DNA of 63,469 nucleotides, the filler included, from Guillardia theta CCMP2712 (Eukaryota; Protista; Cryptophyta), in NCBI RefSeq assembly GCF_000315625.1. It is 4 parts of 4 records of this genome, joined end to end, with 100 filler letters (N's around TTAATTAATTAA, not from the genome) between each part and the next. Parts side by side here need not be neighbours in the genome. Positions count along the whole stretch, not along the records: positions 16,933 to 44,820 come from NW_005434585.1; positions 44,921 to 61,661 come from NW_005434526.1; 2 more parts are not named here. One strand, 5' to 3'. A program made the translations under genes and the position numbers. A model generated the notes under the pieces. That model made no database searches. It worked only from the letters and a program-made list of their open reading frames with translations, and was not told the origin of the DNA. Below, in pieces: positions 37,658 to 50,081 of the stretch (its first letter is position 1; every line of letters starts with the position of its first letter).

Positions 37658-40600
37658 ATGAGCCAGGATATAGCAGATGACAATGATGAGATGCCAGCGG
37701 CCCTGGAAGCTGGCAAGAAGGAGACGGCGGAGGCATCAGGGCAGTTCGAGAGGATAAAGTCGAGACCCAGCACTTCAAACTCCTGGGTCGGAGGGAACTT
37801 GACCGACGAGGCTCAAAACCCGACAGGGGATGGAGCAACAGGCGTACAAGTGTTCCATGTAGTCTCAGATGACTCGGAGAGCGAACACATGGACGCTCCG
37901 TCTCCTCCCCCCCCTGACAACGACGAGCCGCTCGGAGGGGGGCAGAGGAGGCCGTTCCCGTCCCTTGCAGATCTGGTGGACAGCGGGAGTGATGCCTCGG
38001 ACAAAGAAATGGAGCCTCCTTCCCCACCCAGCTCTGCGGCGTCCAGCGAAGGCTCCTTCATGCACAGGATGGAAGAGTCCCGCATGTATGCAGGAGTCCA
38101 TCCAGGAGAGTTCGACGAGCAGGGTGCTGCTGGGTCAGGGTATGCAGACTCGACTATCCTGGAGAGGCTGCAGCAGCTGAAGCTCAGGGAGACGCAGCTT
38201 GAAGCCAAGATCCGAGAGAAAAGGAAGCGCGCAAGGAAGGCTCAAGAGGAGGCTGAAAAGAAGGAAGAGGAGGGTACAGCAGCGCTGAGCGATGAGCCTG
38301 CCCCCCTGCATCACGATCAGGCAGACCAACTTGACGATGCTCCCTCGCCAGACCCGGACCTGGTTGTGCCTGTGCACAAGGTATCAGCGAAGGAATCATA
38401 CTTGAAGTCGTTGCAACTCAAAGAGAAAGTGGAATATGACAAGATGGTGAAGAGATGGCCGAAGATCAGGTCAAGCTTCCTCCTGATCTTCTACGATGCC
38501 GTGTACAAGACAAAGGCTCTGCGGAAACTCAGGAAGCAAAGGCTGGCGGAGATGTTCTGGTATATCATCTTCGTGACCATCATCTCACTTTGTATTATAC
38601 AAGCTCGATCCTACATGCAGATCTTTAACGCCGTGGACACCTTGAAGCAGAGCATGTGGACCTTGTCCAACTTCACGGACATGCTTGTCATCGTCAGCAA
38701 ACTTCAAAGTTCTGTCCTCTTCCAGAATGTCTCGGACATGAAGAACCCGGGCACAATGAAACTCAAATTGAAGTCGAATGTTGTTGGGAACAACCTCATC
38801 GCAGGGGACGTACAGCTCAGGCAGTGGAAAGTCCCGCTGCACTCTTGTAAGATCCCCGAGTTTGTGTCAGAGGTCGGAGTATGCTTCCCCGAGTACACCA
38901 AGGCCAACCAGGAGGTCACGTTTCTTCCTGCTCCTTTGCCCGTTGCCTGCTCTGTCTTCTCCTCCCCTGTAGCACTTTCCCTCTATCTCAAATCTCTCTG
39001 GCCTCCCCTCCCTCCCTTACCCTTCCTCCCTCTCCTCCCTTCCCCCTTTCCCTGCCCCTCTCCTCCTCTTCTCTCGTCCTGGTCGACTCGTCTTCTTGCC
39101 TGTGACTCTTCTTCGTGCACAGATTCGCACGATGCCTCCAGGTCAGTACCCATGGACGCTGGACCCCGACGGCCTCGTGCCCTCCTGGGGCTACTGGCTG
39201 GGAGGAGGAGGAGATTCGTACATCCCCCTCGAATCTTTCCTCGCGCGAGTGTACGACCAGGGGGCCTATACGGCAGACCTGAACAGCTCGCACGACGATG
39301 TTGGCGGTAAGGGGAGAGGAGAGGAGAGGAGAGGAGAGGAGAGGAGAGGACGAGGTCAAGGGTGACGCGGACCCTCAGCCTTGTTCGGCGAGCTTAAAGC
39401 GAATCGCTGGCTGGACCACAACTCGACGAGGATGGTGCGATTGGAGTTCAAGTATGATATGAACAGGGAGCTTGTCCAGTGCTAAACGGCTGTGCAGTTT
39501 CTACAACCCCAACGTCGAGCTGTGGTTTGCTGCGATGATCCAGTGGGAGGCAAGGAACCGTTGCCCATGCTCCCCCTGCCTGACTTGCGAGCCTCAGGTC
39601 AGCCAGACTGGCAGCATCGTCAACTATTTCAGGGTTCGCCCGATGGATCTGTGCCCGACTTGTGCGAGGGGAGGCAGCGGCTCACAGACAGGGATCTTCG
39701 TCACCATGGTCGTCCTCGTCGCTATCTACACGGGCATACAGGTGATCACTCCTCCTCCTCCTCCTCTTTCTCTTCCTCCTCCTCTTGCCCTTGCCCCTGC
39801 CCTTGCCCTTGCTCCTGCTCATCTCAACGTACGACCTTCTCTCTCCTGATTCTTCTGCTCCTTTCTCCCTGCTTTCCCTCCTTTCCTGCGCCCTCCCGTC
39901 CGCTCCCGTTCTCCCCCACTACCCTCACCGATCCCCTGTCTCGTCTCCTCCCGTCTCCTCCATCCTCATCTCTGCGCTCTGTTTGCCATTGACTGGCAAG
40001 TTTCAGGTCGTTCACATCAGCGAGTTGAAAATCAAGTACCTCTACGACTTCTACAACGTCCTCACCATCTTGAACCTCGTGGTCAGAATCTCCCTGCAAC
40101 ATCTTGCTGCGAACAGCTCCTTCCTTCTCCCCTTCTATCTTCACTTCTCTCACTCCCCCCTCCCTCTTACTTCTCTTCATCGTTTCTTCCCCTTGTTGTT
40201 TGTCTTAATCTTCATACAATCTTTCTTCTCCTCCTCGTTCTCCTCGTTCTCCTCGTTCTCCTCTTCTTCATTCTCGTCCTGCTCTCCTTCCTTATCATTC
40301 TTCTCCTTCAGATCTTCTACATCGTCATCGTTCGCGAAGTCTCCACCCGCATCGCTGCCAATCGGATCAACAATGGTCCCATAAGCTCTCAGCCTCAAGA
40401 ACTTTCCTACTCCATCCAGCTGGTTCGCAACCTTCTCTGGCTCTTGCTCCTTTCCTCCTCCTCCTCCTCCTCCTCCTCCTCCCACTCCTCCTCCTCCTCC
40501 TCCTCCCACTCCTCCTCCTCCTCCTCCTCCTCCTCCTCCTCCTCCTCCTCCTCCTCCTCCTCCCTGTCTGACAGCTTCTATAGATCAACTACTGGACTGC

Positions 40601-40810
40601 GTTCAATGCCATGCTCCTCTGGATAAAGTTGGCAAAGTTCACGGACGTGGTTCGAGTTGGCAAAGTTCACGGACGTGGTTCGAACCCCTGCCCCTGCTCC
40701 TGCCTCCCCTCCCCTCCTTCTCCTCGCCCTCCTTCTCCTCCTTCTCCTCTCCTCCTCCTCCTTCCTCCCCACCCCCCACTCCACCTGCTCCTGCTCAAGC
40801 TCCTGCACCA

Positions 40811-40844
<34 letters not shown>

Positions 40845-42587
40845 AACATCCAGCAGAGGTTCTTATTCTCCAGCAGATGAGCGCCCGGGTCGCTGCCTAT
40901 TCAGCTGCATTCCAGCACACGTGCTGGGACGTCGTCGCGGTGATGATCGCCTACGGGATGCTGTTCGGGGGGTTTGCGATCTCGTTCCACGTGTACCTGG
41001 GACAAGACATGCGAGAGTTCCAGGTGAACAGAAGCAGGGGGGGAGGCAGGGCCAGGGCCAGGGCCAGGGCCAGGGGGCAGGGGGAGGGGCAGGAGACAGG
41101 GCCAGGAGACAGGGCCAGGGCCAGGGCCAGGGGAAGGGGCAGGAGACAGGGGCAGGAGACAGGGCCAGGGCCAGGGCCAGGGGAAGGGCCAGGGGAAGGG
41201 GCAGGAGAGAGGCGGGATGAGGGGGGAAAGAGAAGTTTTTAACACCCTGAAAGGACATGAAGACCGCCGCTTACTCCATGTGGACCATGGCGACGGGGTT
41301 GGGCCCTTACAGCTCGGATTTCTATCGCACGCAGAACGCAGCTGGTATTGAGGAGGCTAAGAGGAGGGGAGGGTAGGGTGGAGGAGCAGGGTGAAAGGAA
41401 ACTGGAATGTGAAGTTGTGAGGAACGGAGAAGAGTCAAGGAGGGAGGAGGAGGAGGAGGAGGAGGAGGAGGAGGGTAGGGAGGGTAGGGAGGGANNNNNN
41501 NNNNNNNNNNNNNNNNNNNNNNNNNNNNNNNNNNNNNNNNNNNNNNNNNNNNNNNNNNNNNNNNNNNNNNNNNNNNNNNNNNNNNNNNNNNNNNNNNNNN
41601 NNNNNNNNNNNNNNNNNNNNNNNNNNNNNNNNNNNNNNNNNNNNNNNNNNNNNGACCCTTCTCCCCGCACACGAAACAGCTCCGCTTCCTCCCGCTCCCC
41701 TCCTGCTCACTCTCAGAGCAGCAAGAGGAGGGAGATAGAGAAGGTTGGGAGAAGCACAGGAGGAGGAGGATGGAGTAGGGGCGGGGAGGCGGGAGGGCAA
41801 CAACGGAGAGGAGGAAGATGAGGGAGGGAGGGAGGACATGCTAACGGGGTTTGCAGAGGGCGATCTCAAGAATATCTATTTCATCAGTGAGGAGGAGTTT
41901 GTCAACGAGGGCATGGACACTGTTGATCAGTTCTTGGAGACTTTGTTCTACAACCCTTCCATGAAGGTCACAATCATTCTCCTTCTCCTTCCTATCCCTC
42001 TCTTCCCCTCCCCTCCCCTCCTCGCCTCGCCTCGCCTCTCTTCCCCTCCCCTCCCCTCCTCGCCTCGCCTCTCCTCCCCTTCCCTCCCCTCTCCTCCTCG
42101 TCTTCTTCTCATGACAGTGAGAGCAGCGGGAGACTTTCATTGGCAAGGTCGACGTGATGGATCCGGCAATCAAGCAGAAGCAGACGATCATGAAGCATCT
42201 CAACTCAGTCAACCAGATCCTCTCCGAGCTTGAAGTCTGCAAAACCCCCATCTCTCTTCCTCCTTCCCGCTCATCCTCTCCCTGCTTCCTGCTTCCTCCT
42301 CCGCATCCTCGTCACCATAATCATCACCATCATCATCGTCTTCATCCTCCTCCTCCTTGTCCTCCACTTGGTCTCCGTCCTTCGATCTTCCTTCTCCTAC
42401 CCCTCCTGAAACCTCCTCCTCACCTGCCCCTCAATCCTATCTTCCTTCCTCCCTCACCCTCTAACTCAAATTCTTTGCAGGAGGAGACGCTGCTGCTTCA
42501 GAACTCGCTATACCTCTCCTACGGGCTCAAATCCTCTGAGGTCTGCAGAACTTTTCCATCTTCCCATCTCCTCCCTCCACACCCCTG
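37658..42587 (+). CDS. PKD2: Polycystin-2 (TRPP/PKD2-like) cation channel, multi-exon, interrupted by gaps
   Basis: EMFWYIIFVTII, LRQWKVPLHSCKIP, CFPEYT, YDQGAYTADL, ELKANRWLDHNSTRMVRLEF, FYNPNVELW, FNAMLLWIKLAKF, GFAISFHVYLGQDMREF. Confidence 0.88.
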
Positions 42588-43212
42588 NNNNNNNNNNNNN
42601 NNNNNNNNNNNNNNNNNNNNNNNNNNNNNNNNNNNNNNNNNNNNNNNNNNNNNNNNNNNNNNNNNNNNNNNNNNNNNNNNNNNNNNNNNNNNNNNNNNNN
42701 NNNNNNNNNNNNNNNNNNNNNNNNNNNNNNNNNNNNNNNNNNNNNNNNNNNNNNNNNNNNNNNNNNNNNNNNNNNNNNNNNNNNNNNNNNNNNNNNNNNN
42801 NNNNNNNNNNNNNNNNNNNNNNNNNNNNNNNNNNNNNNNNNNNNNNNNNNNNNNNNNNNNNNNNNNNNNNNNNNNNNNNNNNNNNNNNNNNNNNNNNNNN
42901 NNNNNNNNNNNNNNNNNNNNNNNNNNNNNNNNNNNNNNNNNNNNNNNNNNNNNNNNNNNNNNNNNNNNNNNNNNNNNNNNNNNNNNNNNNNNNNNNNNNN
43001 NNNNNNNNNNNNNNNNNNNNNNNNNNNNNNNNNNNNNNNNNNNNNNNNNNNNNNNNNNNNNNNNNNNNNNNNNNNNNNNNNNNNNNNNNNNNNNNNNNNN
43101 NNNNNNNNNNNNNNNNNNNNNNNNNNNNNNNNNNNNNNNNNNNNNNNNNNNNNNNNNNNNNNNNNNNNNNNNNNGACCCCCTGAGTTGGGCTATCGGCCT
43201 CCTGCCTAACCA

Positions 43213-44820
43213 CTACCTCCTGCTGGAGGGCCCGAAGCCCGTTAAATGAGGAGGATCGAGGTCATTCTCCTCGGGGTGTTCATGCTGCCTGATCCTACCG
43301 ATGGAGTGCTCCTGGTCCGACAGGTAGTGCTAGTAGTACTCTTCCTCGTACTCCTCCTCCTTCTTCTCATGCTAATAGTACCACTCCTCCTCCTCCTCCT
43401 CCTCCTCCTCCTCCTCCTCCTGGTGCTGGTGCTGGTGCTGGTGCTCCTCCTCCTCCTCTTCTTCTTCTTCCTCTTCGTCTTCCTCCTCCTCCTCTTCCTT
43501 TCGACGTACCTTGGGTGAAGTACAGGAGGCGACGACATGGCCGGATTGACCGCAATTGAAGCAGCGAGCAACTTGACCCTTGCGAGTCGGTGCAGCCTGA
43601 GGGAGACAAGAAGAGGGAGGAGGAGAGAGGAGAACGAGAAAGAGAAAGAAAGGGAAACAGGAGAAGCAAGAGCAAAACAAAAAGAAGTCAGAAGAAATCA
43701 AAAGCAGATTGAGGTGCGGCAAAAGAAAAGAAAACACTTTGTCAAAAGAAAGCAATTCATCAGAACATTCGGGACATACGGGAGTGGAAACAGATGCATC
43801 TGAACCAAAAACAGTTAGAATCAACAACAACATGCAAAATCCACATTAACCTTCTGTTGACGACTCAGCGTCTCCCTCGGCCTTGCTGCCCTTGCCCTTG
43901 CTCCCTGACCCTGGCGTGCCCGCTGCCGCCGTCGTCGTACGCTGCTGCTGCTGCTGCTGCTGCTGCTGGGGCTTGCCTGGTGTCTTGGCGGGCCTCTCCT
44001 CCTCCTCCTCTGACTCCGAGCTCTCCCCCTCTGACTCCTCCTCCTCGTCGTCGTCTGACGTGTCTGGCTTGGCGGCGGCCTTGCTGCCGCCCTCCTCTAC
44101 CTCGGCGATGCCGTGCTCCATCCTCACTCGCTTCATCACTCCGACCAGGAAGCCGCTCACGTTGTGGATGGTTCTCGGGTCCTTCTCGACCAGCTTGCTC
44201 ATCACCTCCAGCCCCACCTTCTCCGGCAGCCCCAGCAGCTGCTTCCTCGCCCCCTCGTCGATCGCCCCCCGCCTCAGCGTCCCGGCCTCCTCCAGCTCTG
44301 CGATCCTCGCCTCTACCGCCCCGGCCCCTCCTCCTGCCTTGGCCTTGCTGCCCTCCCCGCCCTCGGCCTTGCTGCCCTTGCCCTTGCTCCCTGACCCTGG
44401 CGTGCCCGCTGCCGCCGTCGTCGTACGCTGCTGCTGCTGCTGCTGCTGCTGGGGCTTGCCTGGTGTCTTGGCGGGCCTCTCCTCCTCCTCCTCTGACTCC
44501 GAGCTCTCCCCCTCTGACTCCTCCTCCTCGTCGTCTGACGTGTCTGGCTTGGCGGCGGCCTTGCTGCCGCCCTCCTCTACCTCGGCGATGCCGTGCTCCA
44601 TCCTCACTCGCTTCATCACTCCGACCAGGAAGCCGCTCACGTTGTGGATGGTTCTCGGGTCCTTCTCGACCAGCTTGCTCATCACCTCCAGCCCCACCTT
44701 CTCCGGCAGCCCCAGCAGCTGCTTCCTCGACCCCTCGTCGATCGGCCCCCGGCTCAGCGTCCCGGCTCCTCAACTCTGGGATCCTCGCCTCTACCGCCGC
44801 GAGGCCTCCGCCTGGCTTGG
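43213..44820 (-). CDS. Protein with tandem hnRNP-Q acidic-domain-like repeats and C-terminal CCHC zinc knuckle; 5' end lost in gap
   Basis: IDEGARKQLLGLPEKVGLEVMSKLVEKDPRTIHNVSGFLVGVMKRVR resembles the hnRNP Q/R N-terminal domain (NKSAFLCGVMK); spliced exon RCFNCGQSGHVVASC. Confidence 0.7.
43872..44820. repeat. Near-identical ~480-bp coding tandem duplication
   Basis: Sequence from ~43872 is repeated from ~44358; differences are mainly CTG/TCG microsatellite length, with degeneration next to the gap. Confidence 0.92.
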
Positions 44821-45109
44821 NNNNNNNNNNNNNNNNNNNNNNNNNNNNNNNNNNNNNNNNNNNNTTAATTAATTAANNNNNNNNNNNNNNNNNNNNNNNN
44901 NNNNNNNNNNNNNNNNNNNNCCCTCCTCCTCCTCCTCCTCCTCCTCCTCCTCCTCCTCCTCCTCCTCCTCCTCCTCCTCCTCCTCCTCCTCCTCCTCCTC
45001 CTCCTCCTCCTCCTCCTCCTCCTCCTCCTCCTCCTCCTCCTCCTCCTCCTCCAACTTCTCCTGCTTCTCCCTCCTCATATGCCGCCTTCCTCTGTCTTCT
45101 TCACTTCTC

Positions 45110-47325
45110 TTCATACCGATGGGATTGTATCCAACTTCGTACATGGCAAGCGCACAGAGAAGGAAGTTGGGAATGCCAGACACTAAGAAAACGGTCACTT
45201 CACATTCCACGTCATCACTTGCATCACCGAGAGTGTCGTAAGTGTCAACCAGCGCAAGGAAACTGTGAGGGAAAGCCTGTAAAGCAAACATTATTCTCTG
45301 TCCCTCCCTCCCGCCGACCCTCCCTCCCTCCGACCCTCCCTCCCTCTCCCTCCCTGTCTCTCCCTGTCCTCCTATCTTTCCTCCTTCCCCTCCCACCTCT
45401 CCTGCCCTCCGCCTCTCGTTCCTCCCTTCCTCTCCACCGCTCCGATTCTCTTCCTCGATCTCACCTGGCAGTAGGAGATAAAGGCAGCAAGCTCTCCTGA
45501 CATGACGCGTCAGCTGACTCGAGTCACCCCCCTTCCTTTCACCTGAGTTCGTGTGCTCCCACTCCATCTGCGATCGGTACTTGAGCACGATGTCGACGAT
45601 GTCGACCTGCCAGTCGTCAGGCCCTCAAGGCTGGCGAGGCTTCTGACCGTCTCGTCGCGGCCGGGCAATTCGATCAGTCGCGTCGTGAGGTCGTCAAGGG
45701 AGGAGAAGGACTGAGGTGACGTCAGCGGGAGAGAATCGAGCACAACGACTTGTGCCTGCACGAACGAGTGCGCGTGGGTCCCTCCGACTTTCATGCCGAA
45801 CAACATCCCAGCTAGAGCATTGCTGGGAGGATGTGAGCTAAGAAGGTGAGGAATGATGAGGAAGGACGAGCGAGGGAAGGAGGAGCAGGGACGGAGGGAG
45901 GCGAACAAGAGCGGCAGGAGCAAGAGACCTGGTCCCGTCGAAACCTCCAATGTAGGAATATCTCGACGCACTCACTCCCCCGTCAGGCCCCTGATACCCC
46001 AACAAAGTCAGCAGGTGAGAAGCCAAGTCCCAACAACGCTCCCCTTCCCCCTCCTGCCCTCGCTCGCTCCCTCCCTCCCTCCTCCCCTTCCTCCTCGCTC
46101 CCTCCTTCCCTCTCTCCTCCTCCCCACCGTCCATCCCTCCCTCCCTCCTCCCTCCCTCTCTCCCTCCCTCCTCCTCCTCTCCCTCCCGCATCCAAACTAA
46201 GATTCGCCACTTCTCAACGTCGACCTGAGATCGTCGTAGGCCGAACTCCAGCAGCGTTTTGTTGGGGCCAACAGCCATGCGCCTACGAGAGGAGGACGTG
46301 AGCTGACAGAGAAGACGCCGGCGGCCCCTCACATCCTTGCAGCATTGGTCGCCACGAGAGAAGCATAGTTGACGATACACTACTTCCGGTCAGGTCTCGT
46401 GCCTCCCACGTCGGGATGTTCCTCACCAGCAACGTTGTCTCCAGTAGCTGACAGATCCCGACGGGCCCCTGCTGGTCCTCAGCTCCCCGGGCCCACCTCA
46501 GTCGCTCTCAACCTCGACACGCAGGAGAGGCTCGCGAGGAAAGACAACGGAACCCTCCTGGAAGGCGTAGATCTTGACCTGCGTCGATGTCAAGCTGGGA
46601 AGACGGAACAAGCACAGCACAAGCACAAGCACAAGCACAAGCACAAGCACAAGCACAAGCACAAGCACAAGCACAAGCACAAGCACAAGCACAAGCACAA
46701 GCACAAGCACAAGCACAAGCGCCAAGGACAAGGACAAGGACAAGCGCCAAGGACAAGGAGAGGGGAATTGAAACCTCAGAGCAATCAAGCGATCTCAAGT
46801 ACTCGAAGAAGTCTTCAGTGGCGTCAGGGATCTAGAGGAAGACGTCACAGTCGCTCCTTCTGCTTGTCTCTCCTTGCCTGGACTTTGAGGTACTCGATGT
46901 GCTCGTCCGTGAAGCGATAGTTGCTCATGAAGGCTATGACCTGCAGGTCTGTGAGATGCCGCTGCTGCCGTAATGTCGCCTGACCTCACTCAACCCGGCG
47001 AAGATGGTGTACTCCCCGTCGAACGGGTTTTGGCTGTCAACAACGTGAGCAGAGCTTGTTACAAGCTTGCCGCTCTGTCGGAGCTACCGGAAGAAAAGAT
47101 CGAAGACAGCATGAGTGTTGTGTCGTTTGGTTCGAAAGTAAGCATAGCACATGGTGATCTGCATGGCTTGGTGATGCGTAGAAAGACAACAAGAACGGAT
47201 TACTTGATACATGTCTGTGAGCAATGCGTTGACCAGGTTGCATACTGGTTTCAGGTTGGGATCTGAGGAGAGGAGCGTCAGGTATGCTAGGGGACGCATC
47301 TTTCACCATGCTTGGCTTCGGACAT
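45110..47325 (-). CDS. NAPRT: Nicotinate phosphoribosyltransferase, 3' part lost in gap
   Basis: [95 protein letters not shown]. Confidence 0.95.
46617..46720. repeat. (CACAAG)n hexanucleotide microsatellite in a NAPRT intron
   Basis: Read directly from the sequence. Confidence 0.95.
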
Positions 47326-47744
47326 TTGGAAGATTGGAGTCGCTGGTATGTTTCTGTCGGATGAGATAAATGAGTCAAGATACATTATTCTACCTCAAAC
47401 TTGTTCCTTCGCTTGCTTCTCTGCCATCTTCTGCGATAAAACCTTGCTACCACCACCCGTCCCCCAAAACCCCTCCTGCTCCTCTTCCTGCTGCTGCTGC
47501 ATCTCCTGCTGCTTCTCCTACTGGTCATCCTCCCAATCGTCCTGCTCCTACTGCTCCTCGTCCTCGCCCTCCTCTGCTTCTACTCCTCCTCCTCCTCCTC
47601 CTCCTCCTCCTCACCTCACCTCAAGCGCTTGTCAGCATAAAGCAGCCCCCGTAATCGCTCATCCCCCTCATATTCACTCATCCCCCTCATATTAATTCAA
47701 CCAGCCCTCGTCCCCCCTCAGGCCCCTCGCTGTCTCTTCGGGAC

Positions 47745-48958
47745 ATGGCGAGCGCCATGGCGAGGGAAGGGGGGAGAGTAGTCGCAGCATGCCTGCTCGC
47801 TGCCGCTGCCGTTCTCTTGCTCGTCCATAGCGGCCAGCATGCGGAGCAGAGACCTCAGCCAGCCATCATGTACAGCAGAGCTCAGGGGCGTGTCGGGTTG
47901 ACCAGGGTCGAGCGGCTGGAGAGGCTCGAGTTGATGCGGGATTTGAGGAAAGAGAAGGCGAAGGAGGCGAAGGAGGACAACAAGGAGCCGTTCCATGTCG
48001 CCAAGAAGTGGACCTTGGCAACAGAAGAAGATGACATGAACAACTACTTCGATAACCTCCAGGTACCTCCTCCTGACACTCGCTGACAAACCCTTTCGTG
48101 TCTTAAACGTTTGTATAGGAGAGAACCTTAGATGAGATCAACTCGATTCGCGAGCAGAGAGCAGCCACATTCAAACGCGCCCATCAAGGTTTCGCGATGA
48201 TCCTTCGCTTGTTGTTGTAAAATCTTGAAGCAGGTTCTCAAAAGCTGCCGTTTGTCGACTACAATCACAAACCTCAGCTGTCGCCTTCACACGTAAGATC
48301 TGTTATTCCTCTCCTATCCTTCCCCCTTTCCTCTCTTATCCCTCCCCTCTCCTCTCTCTCCCCTTCCATCTCTCCCTCCCTCCCTCCCTCCCTCCCTCCC
48401 TCCCTCCCTCTCCTTCTCCCTCTACCTCTCCCTCTCCCTCTCCCTCTCCCTCTCTCATGTTGCTATCGCCAGGCGCATCAGCAGGCGACTGCTCGCGTCC
48501 TCCATGCAACTCAGCCGGCGCCAACAACTTCGCTCACCAGCAAGAAAGTGACGGCAGCTGAGAAGGAGCAAAAGACGCCCGTCAATGCAAAGCTCATGCA
48601 CCTCAAGCATGTGAGGGACCCTTGGGATGATGAGAGAAGAAGAAGAAGATGATGATGATGATGATGATGATAGAGAAGATGATGATGATGATGATGATGA
48701 TGAGAGAAGAAGAAGAAGAAAAGATGATGATGATGATGATGGAGATGATGACGATGACGATGACGATAATGAGAGCTATTGAGACGATGTGCAATCTCGA
48801 TCGGCTCTGACGATCTGACATGCTGCCTCAAGGTTGCGTTTCCCAAGTCACGGAAGGCACAAGATCGAGTGCTGTCAGAGTTCGAACGAGAAACTCTGAG
48901 GAATGAAGAGAAGCAGAGTGTAGTGAACAAGAGCTTCAAGGCGAGGAGGGCGGGATAG
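47745..48958 (+). CDS. Hypothetical signal-anchored/secreted protein, about 5 exons
   Basis: Hydrophobic N-terminus VVAACLLAAAAVLLLV; GT-AG bounded exons; stop at 48956-48958. Confidence 0.6.
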
Positions 48959-49609
48959 CCGGAGGGGGAGGGGAGCTGACTTTTCTCTAACAGATGATGA
49001 AGAAGGAGGAGAGGGAGCTGGGCACTTGGGAGAGACGGAGGAAGGAGGACGGGACGGCGAATCTCCTGGAGGGGGGGGAGGCAGAGGTGAAGACTGTGAG
49101 GCATAAGAATCCTTCCTTGTCAGCTGTCTACGGCTTTATTGGAAACGCCGCAGCATGATATCTAGTCTCTTGTACTCCCTTGCCAACTCAATCTCGAAGA
49201 AAATCATCTACTGATCTTTGCTGCCTGCTCTCAAATTGTACTACATCGACTAGTGGGAGGAGGATGGAGAGAAGGGAGAGGGAGGAATGACACCTCAGGT
49301 TAGAGGAAGAAATCAGGGAGCCGGGGCAACCAGACGTGCTGAGGCGTAACGAGAGGGTAGGAGAAGGCAGGGAGAGGCACGAGAGGAGAGGCAGAGAGAG
49401 AGGAAAGGGAGATGGAGAGTGAGGGGACGGTAGCGGAGGTGAAGAGAGGACAGGGCAGTGGAGAGGAGGAGGGGAAAGTGAACAGAACACAACTTTACCA
49501 TTACTTTAGACTCTCGTTAGCAATCAGAGAGGTCGAGCTGCTTCGGCTGGGCAACAAGACGACCGATAGGGTACAAGAGGAGGGAGGAAAGGAATGAGGA
49601 ATCATAACC

Positions 49610-50049
49610 TTAAGAAAAGAGATTTTTGAGCGGCTCCATGACAGAGGGGACGTTGGAGACGTACGCCATGAGCGACACCTGCTCCTCCTCGTTACTTCCC
49701 CTCCTCCCTTCTCCTCCTTCCCCTCCTCGCCTTCCTCTCCTCCTTCCTCTCTTTCCCTCCTCTCCTCCCTCCTCGCCTTCCTCTCTTTCCCTCCCTTCTC
49801 CTGCCTTACCTCTTCCATCCCTCCGCTCCCTACATTGCATCCCCTCCTTCTATCCTCCTTCAACTCCCTCCTCCCGCTCCCTCCCTCAGCTCGTCATCGC
49901 TCCCTTCCTCTCGCTTGCCCTCCTCCCCTCATTCTCCTCGATTCCTGTCGTCGCTTACGTAGAGAAGTCCGGCTGTCAGGTATGGAGCGAAAAGCTTCTT
50001 GGGAATACCTGGGAGGGGATCAAACTCAGGCTCTGCCCTCATCGTCCTT

Positions 50050-50081
<32 letters not shown>

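Noticed and set aside
43500-43600. Retrotransposon gag from the CCHC knuckle
   Set aside because: The knuckle is on a small spliced exon; no protease, RT, integrase or LTR nearby
43794-44876. Long plus-strand ORFs
   Set aside because: Antisense shadows of the GC-rich minus-strand repeat gene
44821-44920. TTAATTAATTAA as a biological motif, and an apparent NAPRT / hnRNP-Q-repeat fusion
   Set aside because: The same linker sits inside three N-runs and is an assembly device; both genes are simply truncated at the join
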